NCBI GenBank assembly: GCA_965153285.1
Contig: OZ229111.1
Reading direction: 5' to 3' (one strand)
Length of the DNA: 64,000 bases
DNA from: Podarcis tiliguerta
Lineage: Eukaryota
In this document: positions 1 through 12,249 of the stretch, in pieces
How positions within the stretch are numbered: position 1 is the first letter of the stretch
How the letters are laid out: the number at the start of each line of letters is the position of its first letter
Program-made: the position numbers and the translations under genes
Notes under the pieces: generated by a model
What the model saw: the letters and a program-made list of their open reading frames with translations, nothing else
The model's database searches: none
What the model was told of the DNA's origin: nothing

Positions 1-620
1 TGCCTTTGAATCTCCCCCAAGCTCATCAGTTTGCCTCAGTATCCTGCCTTAAATGCCACACAACCATTTCACATCCAATTATAGAAAGCCCAAGAAGAGC
101 ATACAGGAAGAGGATAGGAATCAGAAAGACAGATGGATGGGGGAAAGAGCTATGGAAAACTACAAAGCAAAATGAAATGAGAATGTGGATCCCATCCAAT
201 ACTGGATCCCTGGCCTAAAGATTGCTAAGTGACCTTTTGATTTGACCAGTCTGTTGGTGATAGAGGCGATGGAGTTACTTTTGGGGGGATTTTTTTCCTT
301 GGGGAAATTATAAGACATACTTCCAATCTGGTTCAAACAATCTCTGCATTTCCCCCAGGAATGATTAGTTTGGTCCCATTCACAGATTGTGGTTTGGACA
401 AAGACTGCATTCTTCATTTTCATAGATCAAGTCGTAGCTGGCTGAGAATTATAGTAGAAAGGTTTCCCAGGGCAGGCCACAGTGCAGCAATTTTTTTTTA
501 AAAAAAATAATGTTTTGCATTCCAAGCTCAATATCTGGCATCTCAAAATAAAGTCTAAGATAGCAAAGCTTAGAAAGACCTTGGAGAGTTGTTGTTAGGC
601 AGGGGACAAGAACAGGACTA

Positions 621-793
621 GATAGGAATACCAAGTCAGACTATTGGTCCAGGTAGTTCTGTATTGCCTACACAGACTGGCAGTGGCTCTCCAGAGTTTC
701 AGGCAGGGAACATTCCCAGTCCTATCTGGGAATTGAACACCAGGGACCTTCTGCATGCAAAGCAGATGCTGTGCCGCTGAACTATGGCCTTCT
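621..793 (-). mobile_element. tRNA(Ala-like)-derived squamate SINE
   Basis: Minus strand reads like a tRNA head (…CCATAGTTCAGCGGCACAGCATCTGCTTTGCATGCAGAAGGTCCCTGGTGTTCAATTCC, A and B boxes). Related copies at ~2166, ~32850, ~37515 and ~51110. An inverted tail fragment follows at ~800-842. Confidence 0.8.
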
Positions 794-2165
794 ACCAAAG
801 AACCAATAGCTTGACTCAGTATAAATGCAGCTTCCTAAGTTCATATGATTTGTTTGGTCAAGTTACTGGTTGGCTGGATTTGGCTCCTGGGAAACTACTG
901 TTCTTGGGTAATAGTAATTCATGTAGATAGCCCTGGGAGCATTATATTGATAATCACATTTCTGTTTCCGCCAAAAAATGTCTCCACTTGAATCATTTAT
1001 TGTACTCAGCACTACTCTCAGGAAAAAGAGAATAGGAGCTGCCAACTCTGTGATGGAGACAAATGCAAAGTACATAAGAGCAAGAAATCTGTAAAAGATA
1101 GCATGCACACAGACAATGCCAAAAGAGCATTATATTATATTAGCCACTAAGCTCAGATGGTGGGTGAAGTAAACTGATTGCATGAGAAGCCAAGGACCAG
1201 TGCCGGGAGGAAAGAGGACAGGCAGCAGGATCAAATACAGCAAGGCAGCACATTTAGCAGTACAACACAGTGACATCAATACAATATGACAGACAACGTA
1301 AGCTGAGTGTAATAGCCTGCAGTGGTACAGTGCAGCAGAGTAAGCAGAGTTCATTTGGAGGGTGAGAGACTGAATGAAATGTGTGGCAAGGTATTATGGG
1401 ATGCAGCTATGTCTGGTCACTTAAAAAGTAAATAGCTTTCTAGCTCTATCTACCTAGATCTCCTTCAAAGGAACAAATCACTTTAGAGGGGGATTAGGTG
1501 AGAGATAGAAATAGGAATGAAAGAGAAGGGTCAGTGCCTCAGAGTCAGACAAGGACACAGCAAACTCCTGCAATGAAGCCACGAGTCTCCCCCTAATTAG
1601 AGGTAACATAAGCCTCCTGATTTCATCTCAGATTTAAAGAAATACATAGCAAGGAGCTAAATACTTTTATGGCCTCTTTGGCCCTGGGACAATGCACAGA
1701 GCGAAACAAATCATGGAAAAGAACCAGACAGTGTCTGATTCCCTTGATATCAGCACTGAGGCCTTGCAAGTTAAAAGGAGATAGCAGTGAGCCTAGCCAC
1801 CCTGCATTGTCATTACGTGCCCCTTGTACCATTTCCTTCACTTGGCTCTACTACAAATACCCAAACTCCAGATTAAATATGCATTATTGATCTGGCCTTT
1901 GGATGGGAATGTATACTTCAAGAGTCCATTGTATATTTTATACAATTTACTAGCACAGCTATACCTGCTGCCTATAAGCTACTGGAAACAGCTCATCAGC
2001 AATCAGAAGGAAAAAAAAACTACATCTAAATGCAATAAAATGAACTCTTGCTTATATGTGTTGACAGTGAATGTTCAAAATTCATGATTGCCCGAAAAGT
2101 CAAAATCCAAAAACCAAAATATGATCATCAACATTCTCTGGTTTGTGTTAAAAGGTAGGGAAAGA

Positions 2166-2308
2166 TCTATACCGACTGGCAACAGCTTTCCATGATTTCA
2201 GACAAGTCGTCTCCCAACCCTGCCTGGAGATTCTGAGATCTGAACGTGGGGTTTTTCCCATGCAAAACAGATGCTCTATCAGCACCACTGAGCTACGGCC
2301 TCCTTCCC
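2166..2308 (-). mobile_element. tRNA-derived SINE, same family as 621-793
   Basis: Shares ...CATGCAAAACAGATGCTCT...CACTGAGCTACGGCC and the body with the other copies. Confidence 0.75.
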
Positions 2309-2652
2309 TGTGTTAGTTTCCCTCTGTAAATCGCATTGTGGCATTACCTGAAATAAAAGTATTCTGCAAAGTTTAAGTTTCCAGTTCTGATGCAGTTTAT
2401 ATAGAATGGAGAAAGGGGCAATTTTTGCCAGTGAACACAATCTGCCCCTCATAGGCCAATCTGGTAGACCTAGAATACAGTATATGCAAAACTCATCCAC
2501 TAATTTGAATGTGCACATCTCCATGCCACTCACCATTCTGCCCATGGGTAGCTGGAGAAGAATGGGGGCTAGAGAAATCCCTTGTGAAATCAACTGATGT
2601 TCTGCCAGAATATGTGGAATATGTGCCCCAAATATTGACAGATTTCTAACAT

Positions 2653-2696
2653 CTAATGAATCAGCGATGTGCCACTAATGAATCAGCGATATGCCA
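2653..2696 (+). repeat. 22-bp tandem duplication
   Basis: CTAATGAATCAGCGATGTGCCA followed by CTAATGAATCAGCGATATGCCA (1 mismatch). Confidence 0.95.
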
Positions 2697-2701
2697 CTTG
2701 A

Positions 2702-3323
2702 TGTCATGGACTGTCTGCATGCAAAGGAGTAATTGGAGGTACCAGCTGGGGAACCTTCAAGGGGAAAAGGTTCAGATCCAGGGGATTGGTGGTGGGACGA
2801 CGATGCATGGTCAGAGGGAGAAGAGGGAGCAGGCCGGGAGGAGTCGGAAGTTGAAGAGGCAACAGGGGTTAGCGAGCAGGAAGAGGCTGAGGCAGAGAGC
2901 AGTCCAGGCTCAGAGGTAGCCAAGGAAGCTGGAGAGGAGCGCGGGGGGGGGGGGGCAGAATCCAGAAAGTCTCCCTCTCCTGCTGTGAACAGCTCCCCTT
3001 CCCCCGGTCTTCCAACACAGAGAGAAATGAAAAGGACAAAGCAACGAGATACAAGGCGATGGAGCCTTAACCTGCTGAGGAAAGAACTGGGGGTGGTGCC
3101 TTAGAGAGCCTTAGAGAGCAGTAGAAAGGCAGGGATCTTCTGTCCTTGCAACTGCCTCATTGGGGCAAGACCTACTGGGAAGAGTTGCTGGGATCACTAG
3201 GCCTGCACTGTTTTGGTTTCTCTGACACTGGTGACACTGACACTGGTGTTGGTATTGCTGACCTACTCCTGATTCTGGCTCCTGACACTTAATTATACAC
3301 AGAACAGACTATAGAACGCGACA
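2702..3323 (+). mobile_element. Solo LTR-like element (TGTCA...GACA ends) carrying a purine-rich, acidic pseudo-ORF
   Basis: TG...CA termini (TGTCATG / CGCGACA), abrupt compositional change, resemblance to a recalled lizard LTR family. No clear TSD, and the right end is uncertain. Confidence 0.6.
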
Positions 3324-4257
3324 GTGGCATCTACTTAAATGTCCCTGGTCAATAGTAGGCACTCCCCAGCATCAGAAACTCAGCTGCAAATATGCATAAG
3401 TGAAAACACTATGTTGGTAAGGGAATGCAATTTTTTAGAGAAACTGGTATTCAGACAACAAAGTGTGTTGGGGGGCGAACGGATTTTGTAACTGGTAATT
3501 TCAGCAATAATGATAATATATAAAAGTTTGGACAAGTATGGATAAGGGCAAAAGAGGATGTTGTAATTTTGGATAGGCACCTAAACATTTCTGCCTTTCA
3601 CCACATGTCATCTCTGTTGTTACAACATCTACTTTACAAGTACCAGAGGCATCTGAAATCTGAAACCAGAGCCGCTGAGTTTACACAGCATTTGGGGTGT
3701 CTCCTGCTCAGCTGCTTTCCATTGGCTCTCTTTTCTGTGTCACACACTCAGCAGTTGGTAGGCGAAGGGTAGAGATAAACTTTGCGACTCCTCCTGACCA
3801 GTGGCCTAGTGACACTAGTTGGTCTCTGAACTGTGCTATTTTGAAAGGACACTGGCAGACTTTTCCTGTTACACTTAAAATTGGTAACTTTATACACAGT
3901 CTCCCTGGACCTAGATCACATCACAGCAGCTGGCTGTAAAGCCATTTAATCTCTTGGAAATTGCTCTGGTTATAATCCATGACTCACAACCATATAAAAT
4001 TATGGCCAAGCAAGATGCTTTGAACGTTTTCGATAAAGCACAAATACCAGTTGACACCTAAGTCAGAATGTCCTGCAGACTTCTCAGTACTGCGGCATAG
4101 TGTCCACACACCTCAAAGATCACTGGGCCATTATCAGAGATCTCTTTTCATATCATTCGGTTGCCAGGACACAGGCTGGCCCTTTCACCAAGACAGAAGA
4201 TAAAACTCTTGGAATACCTTCCTTATTTTACTGGCACTTCTGTACCTTATGCATATA

Positions 4258-4500
4258 GGGTTGCATTCAACTACATAGCTGCACTGGTGGGTGCAATGAG
4301 TCCTGTGAGAGTCCAATGAGCCAATCCAATGAGTCCTGAGAGCAACTGCCCTCGCTCCCTCTCCTCCCCCTGCACCTTCCCAAATATGCTTGGGAGGTTC
4401 AGGAAAAAACACAGTGGGAGAGGGAGGTGAAATTGTTCTGTGTGGCCTGCAGAAATGCTTGTGTTGATGGAACGATCGTAATAGGGCAACATTGAATTCC
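4258..4500. mobile_element. Degenerate palindromic MITE-like repeat
   Basis: C-rich left arm and G-rich right arm, ends ...CATTCAAC / TTGAAT.... Similar elements at ~45460-45690 and ~45930-46125. Confidence 0.5.
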
Positions 4501-6119
4501 TCTCATAGCTACACACCAAGCCCACCACCTTAATTCTCTGAGTTTTGCACAATCCTTAGCCTGAAATGCAATTTAATTTAAAAGAATTTTTTAAAAAACA
4601 ACAACCCAAAGCATCTTCCCAGTAAATTTCTGAAATCAGTCTGACCATTTTTGCAAGTTACATAAAGCTGTGAAACAAAGGGTTGATAATAATCAGGTGC
4701 TTCTTGCTGCTCACATTTCAATGAGTTGTGGCAAGGAAGCAATTAAAAAGGTAATTGTGCAATTATACATGAAATAACTACGTATCATTCTCCTGTCTCC
4801 TAACTGAAATCTCTGTCCTCACCTACCCAGTTCAGGGAGTTTAAGATGGATAAATTCAAATTAATTTCCCTAGAAAGGCCAGTTAGCAAAAGTAACAAGA
4901 TGATTCAGAAAGAAAATGGGAAATAAATTAGGTGGGGCAGGGGGCAGATTTTCAATAGGAGCATTGTGCATGGGGAAAGGATTAACCTCTTCTGCAAGTT
5001 TCCAGCCCTGATCACTCTTCTGATATCTGAAGTGGGGAAAAACATGTGGGAAAAACACACTGACTAAGACATGGGGAGGAAACATGTGGGAAAACCTAGC
5101 CTTGACTCTTGCTGCATCATGAGATTTAAAAGATATATGGATGATTTTCAGGGTGTACGGTAACCTGACAACCTTTTCTCTGAGCACTGGCTTTTCCTCC
5201 TTTAATGTACAATATATTTCACACTTGTGGTACCTGAATGAAGTATAGTGATGGTTGATTATGGCCTCCAGAGCACTATCTGCCTGTCAAATACTATTGC
5301 TCTTTTCTAGATTACAACTGTTTTGGAAAACAATCCCGTCCTTCTGCTGTTGAAGAACATTATGTTATTTTATTTTTTTGGCCAATGATTACATTTCCTT
5401 TAAAGAACCTTGCACATTTTTAGTTCAGGGTAAAAATAACAGCAGAGAAGCTCAGTAGCTGGGTACAGTCCTTTGGGAGCATTCTTCTCAGCTCCCCCCC
5501 CCCCCCACTGCTTATATATGTGGCCACAGTGAACTTCAGTTTTATGAGCCATTTACAACTCCTGAGCCTTTTGTGTTTGGCCCACAGAGCAGACAGTATT
5601 ACCACAATAGTAATGTGGCTTATAAAGGCTTCTCTCTTCCTCCTTGTTTTTGGCTAGAACAAAAATAGAAAGAGAAAAATCTAACCATTCCATATTATTA
5701 GTGAAAGCGCTTGTTTTGTCATATTTCTGCATGTGAAGTCTAGAGAAATTTGGCAGCGTATGGGCTTTGTCGACAGTGGGATCGTGGTTCGGTATGGTGA
5801 CCAAAAAATATTTATTGTAATATTTTAACTTTTCCTTTTGGCCCTAAAGGTTATACAATTTAATTCTAAGAATACAAATTAAAGCAATCGTGAAAAGATG
5901 TTTAGTACAACAAATATGAACAGCAAAAAACATATCCAAAGCTCAAGTATGGTTTGCTGAAGACAAGGCTGCCCAAGACATTTTGTTGCCTGAGGCAAAG
6001 GACAAAGTAGCCTTCCCTGTCCATATACAAATGAAGATTGGCAGTTGAATCTTGCTTGAACACTAGTGATGGGATAGCGTCCTCTGTATCTAAGAAAAAC
6101 AGACTATCAGGGGGGTAAG

Positions 6120-6562
6120 TAGGGGGTGAAGGATGTACCAGTTTGCTTCCTCAATTTCTCATTTTTTTCAATCTCAAATTCAGTTCTCCACACTTCTCCA
6201 CACACTTGGAAATTTTTAAAAAGTCCTCACAAAAAATCAACCAGCCTGCTAATGCAAATTTCTCCTAATATATATATATATATTTGGTATGCAATTTTGC
6301 CTCATTGACATACTTTTGCAAAGCAGTTTTCATAATATAATGTGTTTTTGTGCATTATTTTAATTAATATATACATTTATATGCACACTCTACCCTAACA
6401 TATGCATTTCTGTAGACATTACTTGGATGGATAACTTCACTGAAAAATTCAAATAAGTGTGAATGTGACTGTGTTTCCAGTTTATGTGTCATTTCAGAAA
6501 GTGTGAATTAGGTAGGTTCACATTGAATTGCAAAGTGAATCAATTTCCTCCCACATCCCTAG
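6120..6562. mobile_element. Old AT-rich non-autonomous DNA element (TAGGG...CCCTA ends)
   Basis: Short inverted ends around an AT-rich TGCA-repeating body typical of a common squamate repeat (recall). Confidence 0.5.
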
Positions 6563-6814
6563 GTGTACCTACCACCTGCAGCAATAACCACAAACTGCAT
6601 TATGGAAGAAGGGTCAGCTCAACCTAAAACTATCTCTAATTGTTTAATTCTGTGAAACTGTTTGCTTGGGTTTTGACATTAACTAACAATTTAAAAATCA
6701 GGGAGAAAGTAGCGGAGCTCTCCCATGGAAAGGAGTTTACAAGCTTAGGGTTACTGCCAAAATGGCCTCACCTCAGGTCACCATAGTGAGAAACGGATTC
6801 TGCGGACAATCTTA

Positions 6815-7010
6815 CATTTTAAATAAAAGCACACATTCTACTCATGTAAGAACACCAGGAAGGTCCCATAAATAACCCAGAGATACCTTTTAAATAAAAG
6901 GACAAATTCTACTCATGTAAAAACACGCTGATTCCTGGACCGTCCGCAGGCTAGACTGAGAAGGCGATTGGGCCGGATCCTGCCCACGGACCTTAGTTTG
7001 CCTACCCATG
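6815..7010 (+). mobile_element. hAT-type MITE, right part; same family as 54237-54487
   Basis: Near-identical to 54345-54487 (TTTTAAATAAAAGCACACATTCTACTCATGTAA...CCTTAGTTTGCCTACCCATG), with an internal tandem copy of the TTTTAAATAAAAG...CTACTCATGTAA unit. Confidence 0.85.
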
Positions 7011-7018
7011 CCTCAAGG

Positions 7019-7152
7019 CGTTTCTCAACCTTGGGCCTCCAGCTGTTTTTGGACTACAACTCCCATCATCCATAGCTAGCAGGGCCAGTGATCAGGAATG
7101 ATGGGAGATGTAGTCCCAAAAACAGCTGGTGGCCCAAGGTTGAGAAACACTG
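7019..7152. mobile_element. Palindromic hAT-type MITE (GGACTACAACTCCCATCATC family)
   Basis: Near-perfect fold-back GTTTCTCAACCTTGGGCC...GGCCCAAGGTTGAGAAAC, flanked by 8-bp CCTCAAGG / CCCTAAGG. Confidence 0.85.
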
Positions 7153-9149
7153 CCCTAAGGTATCATGCTGAGCAATACAATTTATTGCAGAAGTTGTTGA
7201 TCTCAGGACATTTGAATTTTTGAGTGAATACAGTGGGCATCACCCACTGGTCACTTCTCTCCTCTGTGACCCAGATCAGCCTTCTCCCCATGCCCTATGG
7301 AGACAGAAAGTTCATGCAGACCCACTTTGCTTTTCAAAAGTTTGGACAAAGATCACCTCCAGAAAAATTAACCTGAGTCTTGAAAAGCACATAATTTGGT
7401 TCTTCAGCTAGGGTCTATTTAAAAGGATTCTCCCCTGCACTTTGCAGATATTTGGCATGGCCATCTTTCATTAAATGGTCAGTTATTTGGTAATTTACAG
7501 TAATATATTAGTCCACTCAGAAGTCTCAGTGTCAGCAGAGCTTAAATCCACATCTGTATAGGACTGTAGCCTTAGTGAATGGGTTTTTCTTTCTGCTGCC
7601 TCTCATCACCATAGGAATTTTCCGTTGGATCAGATTATCTAGGCATGGAGGTGGATTAATTGTCTTCTCATATATCATGTTGAACACCTCACTCTGGATT
7701 TTTTTACTAAACCATTAAAAATGGTGGGTCTCTCTGCGGTGCATTGCACCCTGGGTTAATTTGTAGACCAGGAAGTTAACATGTGGTATATATGTGTTTA
7801 CTTTAGAACAGAGGACTGGACTAGAAGTTCCCTTAAAATCCTATGATCATAACAGTAGATCTACAGTAGTACATTAAAATGAAATATAATGTACAGGTTA
7901 TGCCTGTATTATTTTAGAAAACACAAAAAGTAAAGAAAGCCATGTTACTCTATTAGAAAAAGAAGCCAGGATCCCAGTGTTTCTTTTTAGGGCCAAGCAA
8001 AGTAAGCCACAAAATAGTGAGCAAGCTTTCAGGTTCTGCAGAACTCCCCATTCAGGCTGGATTGTTTTAATCTCCAACCTGATGATGAGTTCTGGAGAAT
8101 TTTTAAAACTTGCTTACTATTTTGTGACATTTTGGTTGATCCTAAAACTATTGCCTGACTGAGTTTTTAAAACGTGGTCTATAAAGATTCTAAAAACAAC
8201 AACTGGAGACTGCCCTAAAACAGTCAAGGACAGAGCTGATAAATGACACAATTCTATTGTTACTAGACTTAGACAATAAGCAACTTCAATACACACCCCA
8301 TGAAGAAACCCTAAGCACAATGCAAGTAATTACGTATCTCTCAGCAGCATAATCCTTTTATGCAGGTCAGTATCATATAGACAGTCTGATGGGCTTGTAG
8401 GGGGATCTAGCTTGCATGTGCTTCTGCTCAGAGCAATTATATATTGACTAATTAAATTATTCAGCTGCCTGCATTGTCAAAAGCTGCCCTTTCCCTTTTA
8501 ATTGCTTTGGATAAGCAAACAGGTACGACATAAAGAGGATTTCAGTCTGATTGTTAATTTTTTCAGAAGAAACATTTAATCTATGTGCAATAAAACATGA
8601 AAGTATACCCTGCACTACAAAGAGCAACCAGTCAGTAAAACAAAGCTCCATGTAAAGAGAAAGATTTTTATTTTATTTATTTATTTTGCATTCTTCAATT
8701 TAGCTCAGTATGTATTCTGCTCAGGTGTACAGAATATCTAGCAACCCTGTCTCCTGCGGTTGTCAACACAACCCAGTATACTGTAAAATAAAGTCTAATG
8801 ACTATGTGCATTTATATGTCAACAAGGAGCAAGCTTTGGACTTCTGGCTCACTGCCAACCTAGCCCAAGGTGCTGTAAAATCTGGCCTCTTCAGAATTAA
8901 GGACCAACTCTGTCAGCATTTATTGCCCTACCCATTATTTACTGCTCTGTACAATGAACAGAGTCAGTGGAATTAGAGAGATGTCTTGGAAAGTTTTCCA
9001 GAACAACCAATAGTAAGAAGCACGCTCCTTAGTAGCAAACACAAGCAGCATAGGGCTTTAATGGTGGTAGTGGTGAAGAGCAACGTTAGGCAAAAGTTCA
9101 AAATTGTGGCTGTTCCCTGACAAGGTTGGATATGTTACTATTTGGTGCT

Positions 9150-9380
9150 AGTGGTACCTCGGGCTACATACTCCTCAGGTTACATACGCTTCAGGTTACA
9201 GTCTCCAGTAACCCAGAAATATTACCTTGGGTTAAGAACTTTGCTTCAGGATGAGAACAGAAATTGTGCTCCGGTGGCACGGAGGCCCCATTAGCTAAAG
9301 TGGTGCTTCAGGTTAAGAACAGTTTCAGGTTAAGAACGGGCCTCCGGAACGAATTAAGTACTTAACCTGAGGTACCACTG
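9150..9380. mobile_element. Tc1/mariner (Tigger-like) MITE
   Basis: TIRs AGTGGTACCTC...GAGGTACCACTG followed by TA; internal CAGGTTAAGAAC subrepeats. Confidence 0.85.
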
Positions 9381-10069
9381 TATATGCAAAAAGAAAAAAC
9401 AGAAAAGCACAAAAAGGGGGAAAGAATGTCCATGGGTGCAGAAAGAAAGAAAAGAAAAATGTGTTAATCATTATTTAAAAGAAGAAAATAAATTCAGTAT
9501 GCACATATTTCTAGATATGCTCTTCAAGAAACTTTAAACCAGTAAAATACATTTTCTAAACTTGACTTCTTTTGGAGAATGACCTTAAGACTGTATATTT
9601 AACTTAATAGCCTTTTCATTAGTAAAAGCAGGAAGAATATATATGCACATATCCTTACCAAGCATTCAACCAAGTTCTTCTGAATTCCTCTTTGTAATTT
9701 TATAGCAGCAGGAATAAAAACAAACACCTGCTCAATTAATTATGTTTTCCTGTACCTGTGGTGGATTCTCCTTCACCACCACCACTTTTTCGTGAAAGGA
9801 GTAAATATGAGCCAGCATTCTTTCCCTTCCTTGGCTGCTATACTTAGTAGGTTGGCCTGGAAACAAGACCTATGGGTCACTGGAATAAAGAGTGAATAAA
9901 GCTGAGTGCACCTGGGAGTGAGAACAGGAAGAAGTCCCAAGAATTTAAATGTGACTATCTCCAGATTAAGTGAGTGTAGCATTGCAGTCCTAGAGAGGTC
10001 TTGGTCAAAGAGAGATCTGAATCGGCTGAAGTCTCTCAGCTGCTATCCTATGCTAGTTCACATAGCTGC

Positions 10070-10422
10070 CCGGACGGTGATGAGGACCCATGACAGAGCC
10101 TTCTCAGTGGTGGTTTCCTGTTTGTGGAATGCCTTCCCTGGTCAGATGCATCTGCCTCCCTCATGGTTAGCATTACTGCAGAATTTTAAAACATTCCTTT
10201 TCACAAAAGCATTTTGTTGCTAATACTGTTCCTAGTAACCTTAAAAGTATTAGCTCAGAGGGTATGCAACTATTTTAAAAATATTTTAAATTGTTTTTAG
10301 TATTATTTTTTTAAAAAACCAGGTTATTATTTTGTTTTTAATGGTGTTGTTTACTACTTTGTTGTTTGCTGCCCTTAGCTCCTATGGGGAGAAGGGAAGG
10401 GAAAAATATAAGAAATAAATAA
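10070..10422 (+). mobile_element. L2-clade LINE 3' fragment
   Basis: Encodes DRAFSVVVSCLWNAFP...FKTFLF, the L2 ORF2 C-terminal signature, followed by a 3' UTR and an AAAT-type tail. Confidence 0.75.
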
Positions 10423-10654
10423 TGATATAGCATTGAGTAGTATAGCTCAGTTCTGAGGCTACTGAAATGCCATATAGGACAAGGCCAGGGAGAAGGTAGA
10501 TGCAGGTCTCCTGTTAGATCTCTGAGTGATTTGCTGTACATCAGTAAGCATTTCTAACTCTTAGTTGTCCAAGAGCAAGGAAAAATCCTTTCCTCCTAAA
10601 TTAGGCTACAAATATGAATGGACTTGGATGAAAGGACTGTGAGCGCAAAAGAGT

Positions 10655-11180
10655 CAGGTGCATCAGGCAAGTGGCCCACCTAGTCCAGCATCCTGTTCTC
10701 ACAGTGGCCAACCAGACACCTATGGAAAACCCATAAGCAGCACCAAGCGAAAGAGCACTCTTGCCTCCTGCAGTTTCCAGCAGCTGTATTCAGAAGCATA
10801 CTGCTTCCAAAAGCAGAGATGGAACACAGCCTTTAGGGTTGGGAGCCACTGCTAACCTCCATGAAGTTTAATCCTCTTTTAAAATCGCCCAACTTGGTGG
10901 CCACCCACCACTGCCTTTAGTCAGAGTGAATTCTAAAGTTCAACTACAGGCAACCCCCGCATATTGGTGGAGAGGGTGGAAGCCCACCTCGTCCTGCCCG
11001 CTTTCCTGGCCACTTCTGGGTTGCAGCGATGCATGCCTGCTGAACAAGTGTAAAATGGTTGTTGCCTGTATGTGCTTTTGTCCTGAATCTCCCAACTTTC
11101 AATTTCATTGGATGCCCATGAGTTCTAATGTTATGAGACAGATTTCTTTTATTTATCAACTTTCTCCACGCCACGTCTAT
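10655..11180 (-). mobile_element. CR1 LINE 3' fragment (interrupted at ~10930-11045)
   Basis: Minus-strand RTHGHPMKLKVGRFRT resembles the CR1 ORF2 'TRGH.MKL' motif. The 3' end CTAGTCCAGCATCCTG is shared with 24315-24590. Confidence 0.8.
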
Positions 11181-12249
11181 CATGTTGCCTTGGTTCAATT
11201 TTGGTTCTGTAAACAAATCTGTAAGGTTTAGAGGCACTCAGTTGTTTGTTTTTAATTCTAAATCTATGTCTTTTGCACCTGGTTCTGGCTGATAGATCCT
11301 GGAGTTCTAGAACAAAACAAAACTTATCAGACAAGCTTGAAACCTGTCTATCCCTGGTCCAGGACATTCAAATTACATGTTTTGCACCGTTCAGTGGAGT
11401 GGCTGCTGGCTGGCTCAAAGCTGCACGTATGATTTCTCTCTCTCTTTGACCATTGTGTTCTCTTTTCATGTTCTTGTCTAACATATTGATTGAGAGGAGC
11501 GAATGACAGCTGCTGTGCAAATTCCACACCTAAGAACCACAATGTGTCAGCTCGGCAAGCCTTTCAAAAGGAGTTAGCGGGCCGGGAAGTGGGGTGGGTG
11601 GGCAGAAGGCATTGTGCTGAGGTAATGGGAGAGTCTGTAGAGCAGCATTACCTGCAGATTTAGCTTTCACATCAACTTCGAGAACAATGTGCCCAGCAGG
11701 TCTACCCAAATGTTCCATTTCCCCATGAACATGGAGCTCTTCTGTTCATACCGCACAGCAAGCCGGCTAATATCACACCTGATTGCTTTTGACTTACCCT
11801 GAGTAACAGATGCTTGTTCCTGGCCAAGTGAGCCGGCGGGACGCGAACCCCCACTTGGAAGAGTAGATTGGCTGGTTTAGCTCCCACATCTCTGGTGCGT
11901 AGGTGGGGATTACTACCTCATCTGGAGGGGGGGGGGGTTGTCAAGGGGTTGCAAGAACCAAGCAAAGGCTTTAATATTTGAATGTGCATGCTGAGCCAAC
12001 CTGTTCAGCCAAAGTGAAATGTTGACGAAAAAGAACCTCAAACTGCCAAAACGCCATTAACGTGGTTATACAGCATAGCATTATTTCTGCCCCCTTATTT
12101 CTGTCAAGTCAAAAGGGGGGGGGGGATGCCAAAGGAAGTCCTTTGCAAGCACTTTAAAGCCCTTTAAAGGCCGGACTTTAAAGGCCGCACACTGAATGAG
12201 CCTGAAGGGGAAACTGAGGTAAAAGGGGGGGGGGGGTGTTCTCCTCCTC

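Noticed and set aside
621-793. tRNA-like sequences here and at 34464, 41205 and 44480-44540
   Set aside because: These are SINE heads with degenerate stems, joined to SINE bodies and tails, not tRNA genes.
1-12200. Exons of an upstream neighbour such as ARHGEF37
   Set aside because: No RhoGEF, BAR or SH3-like translation recognised. Short exons or a 3' UTR cannot be excluded without alignment.
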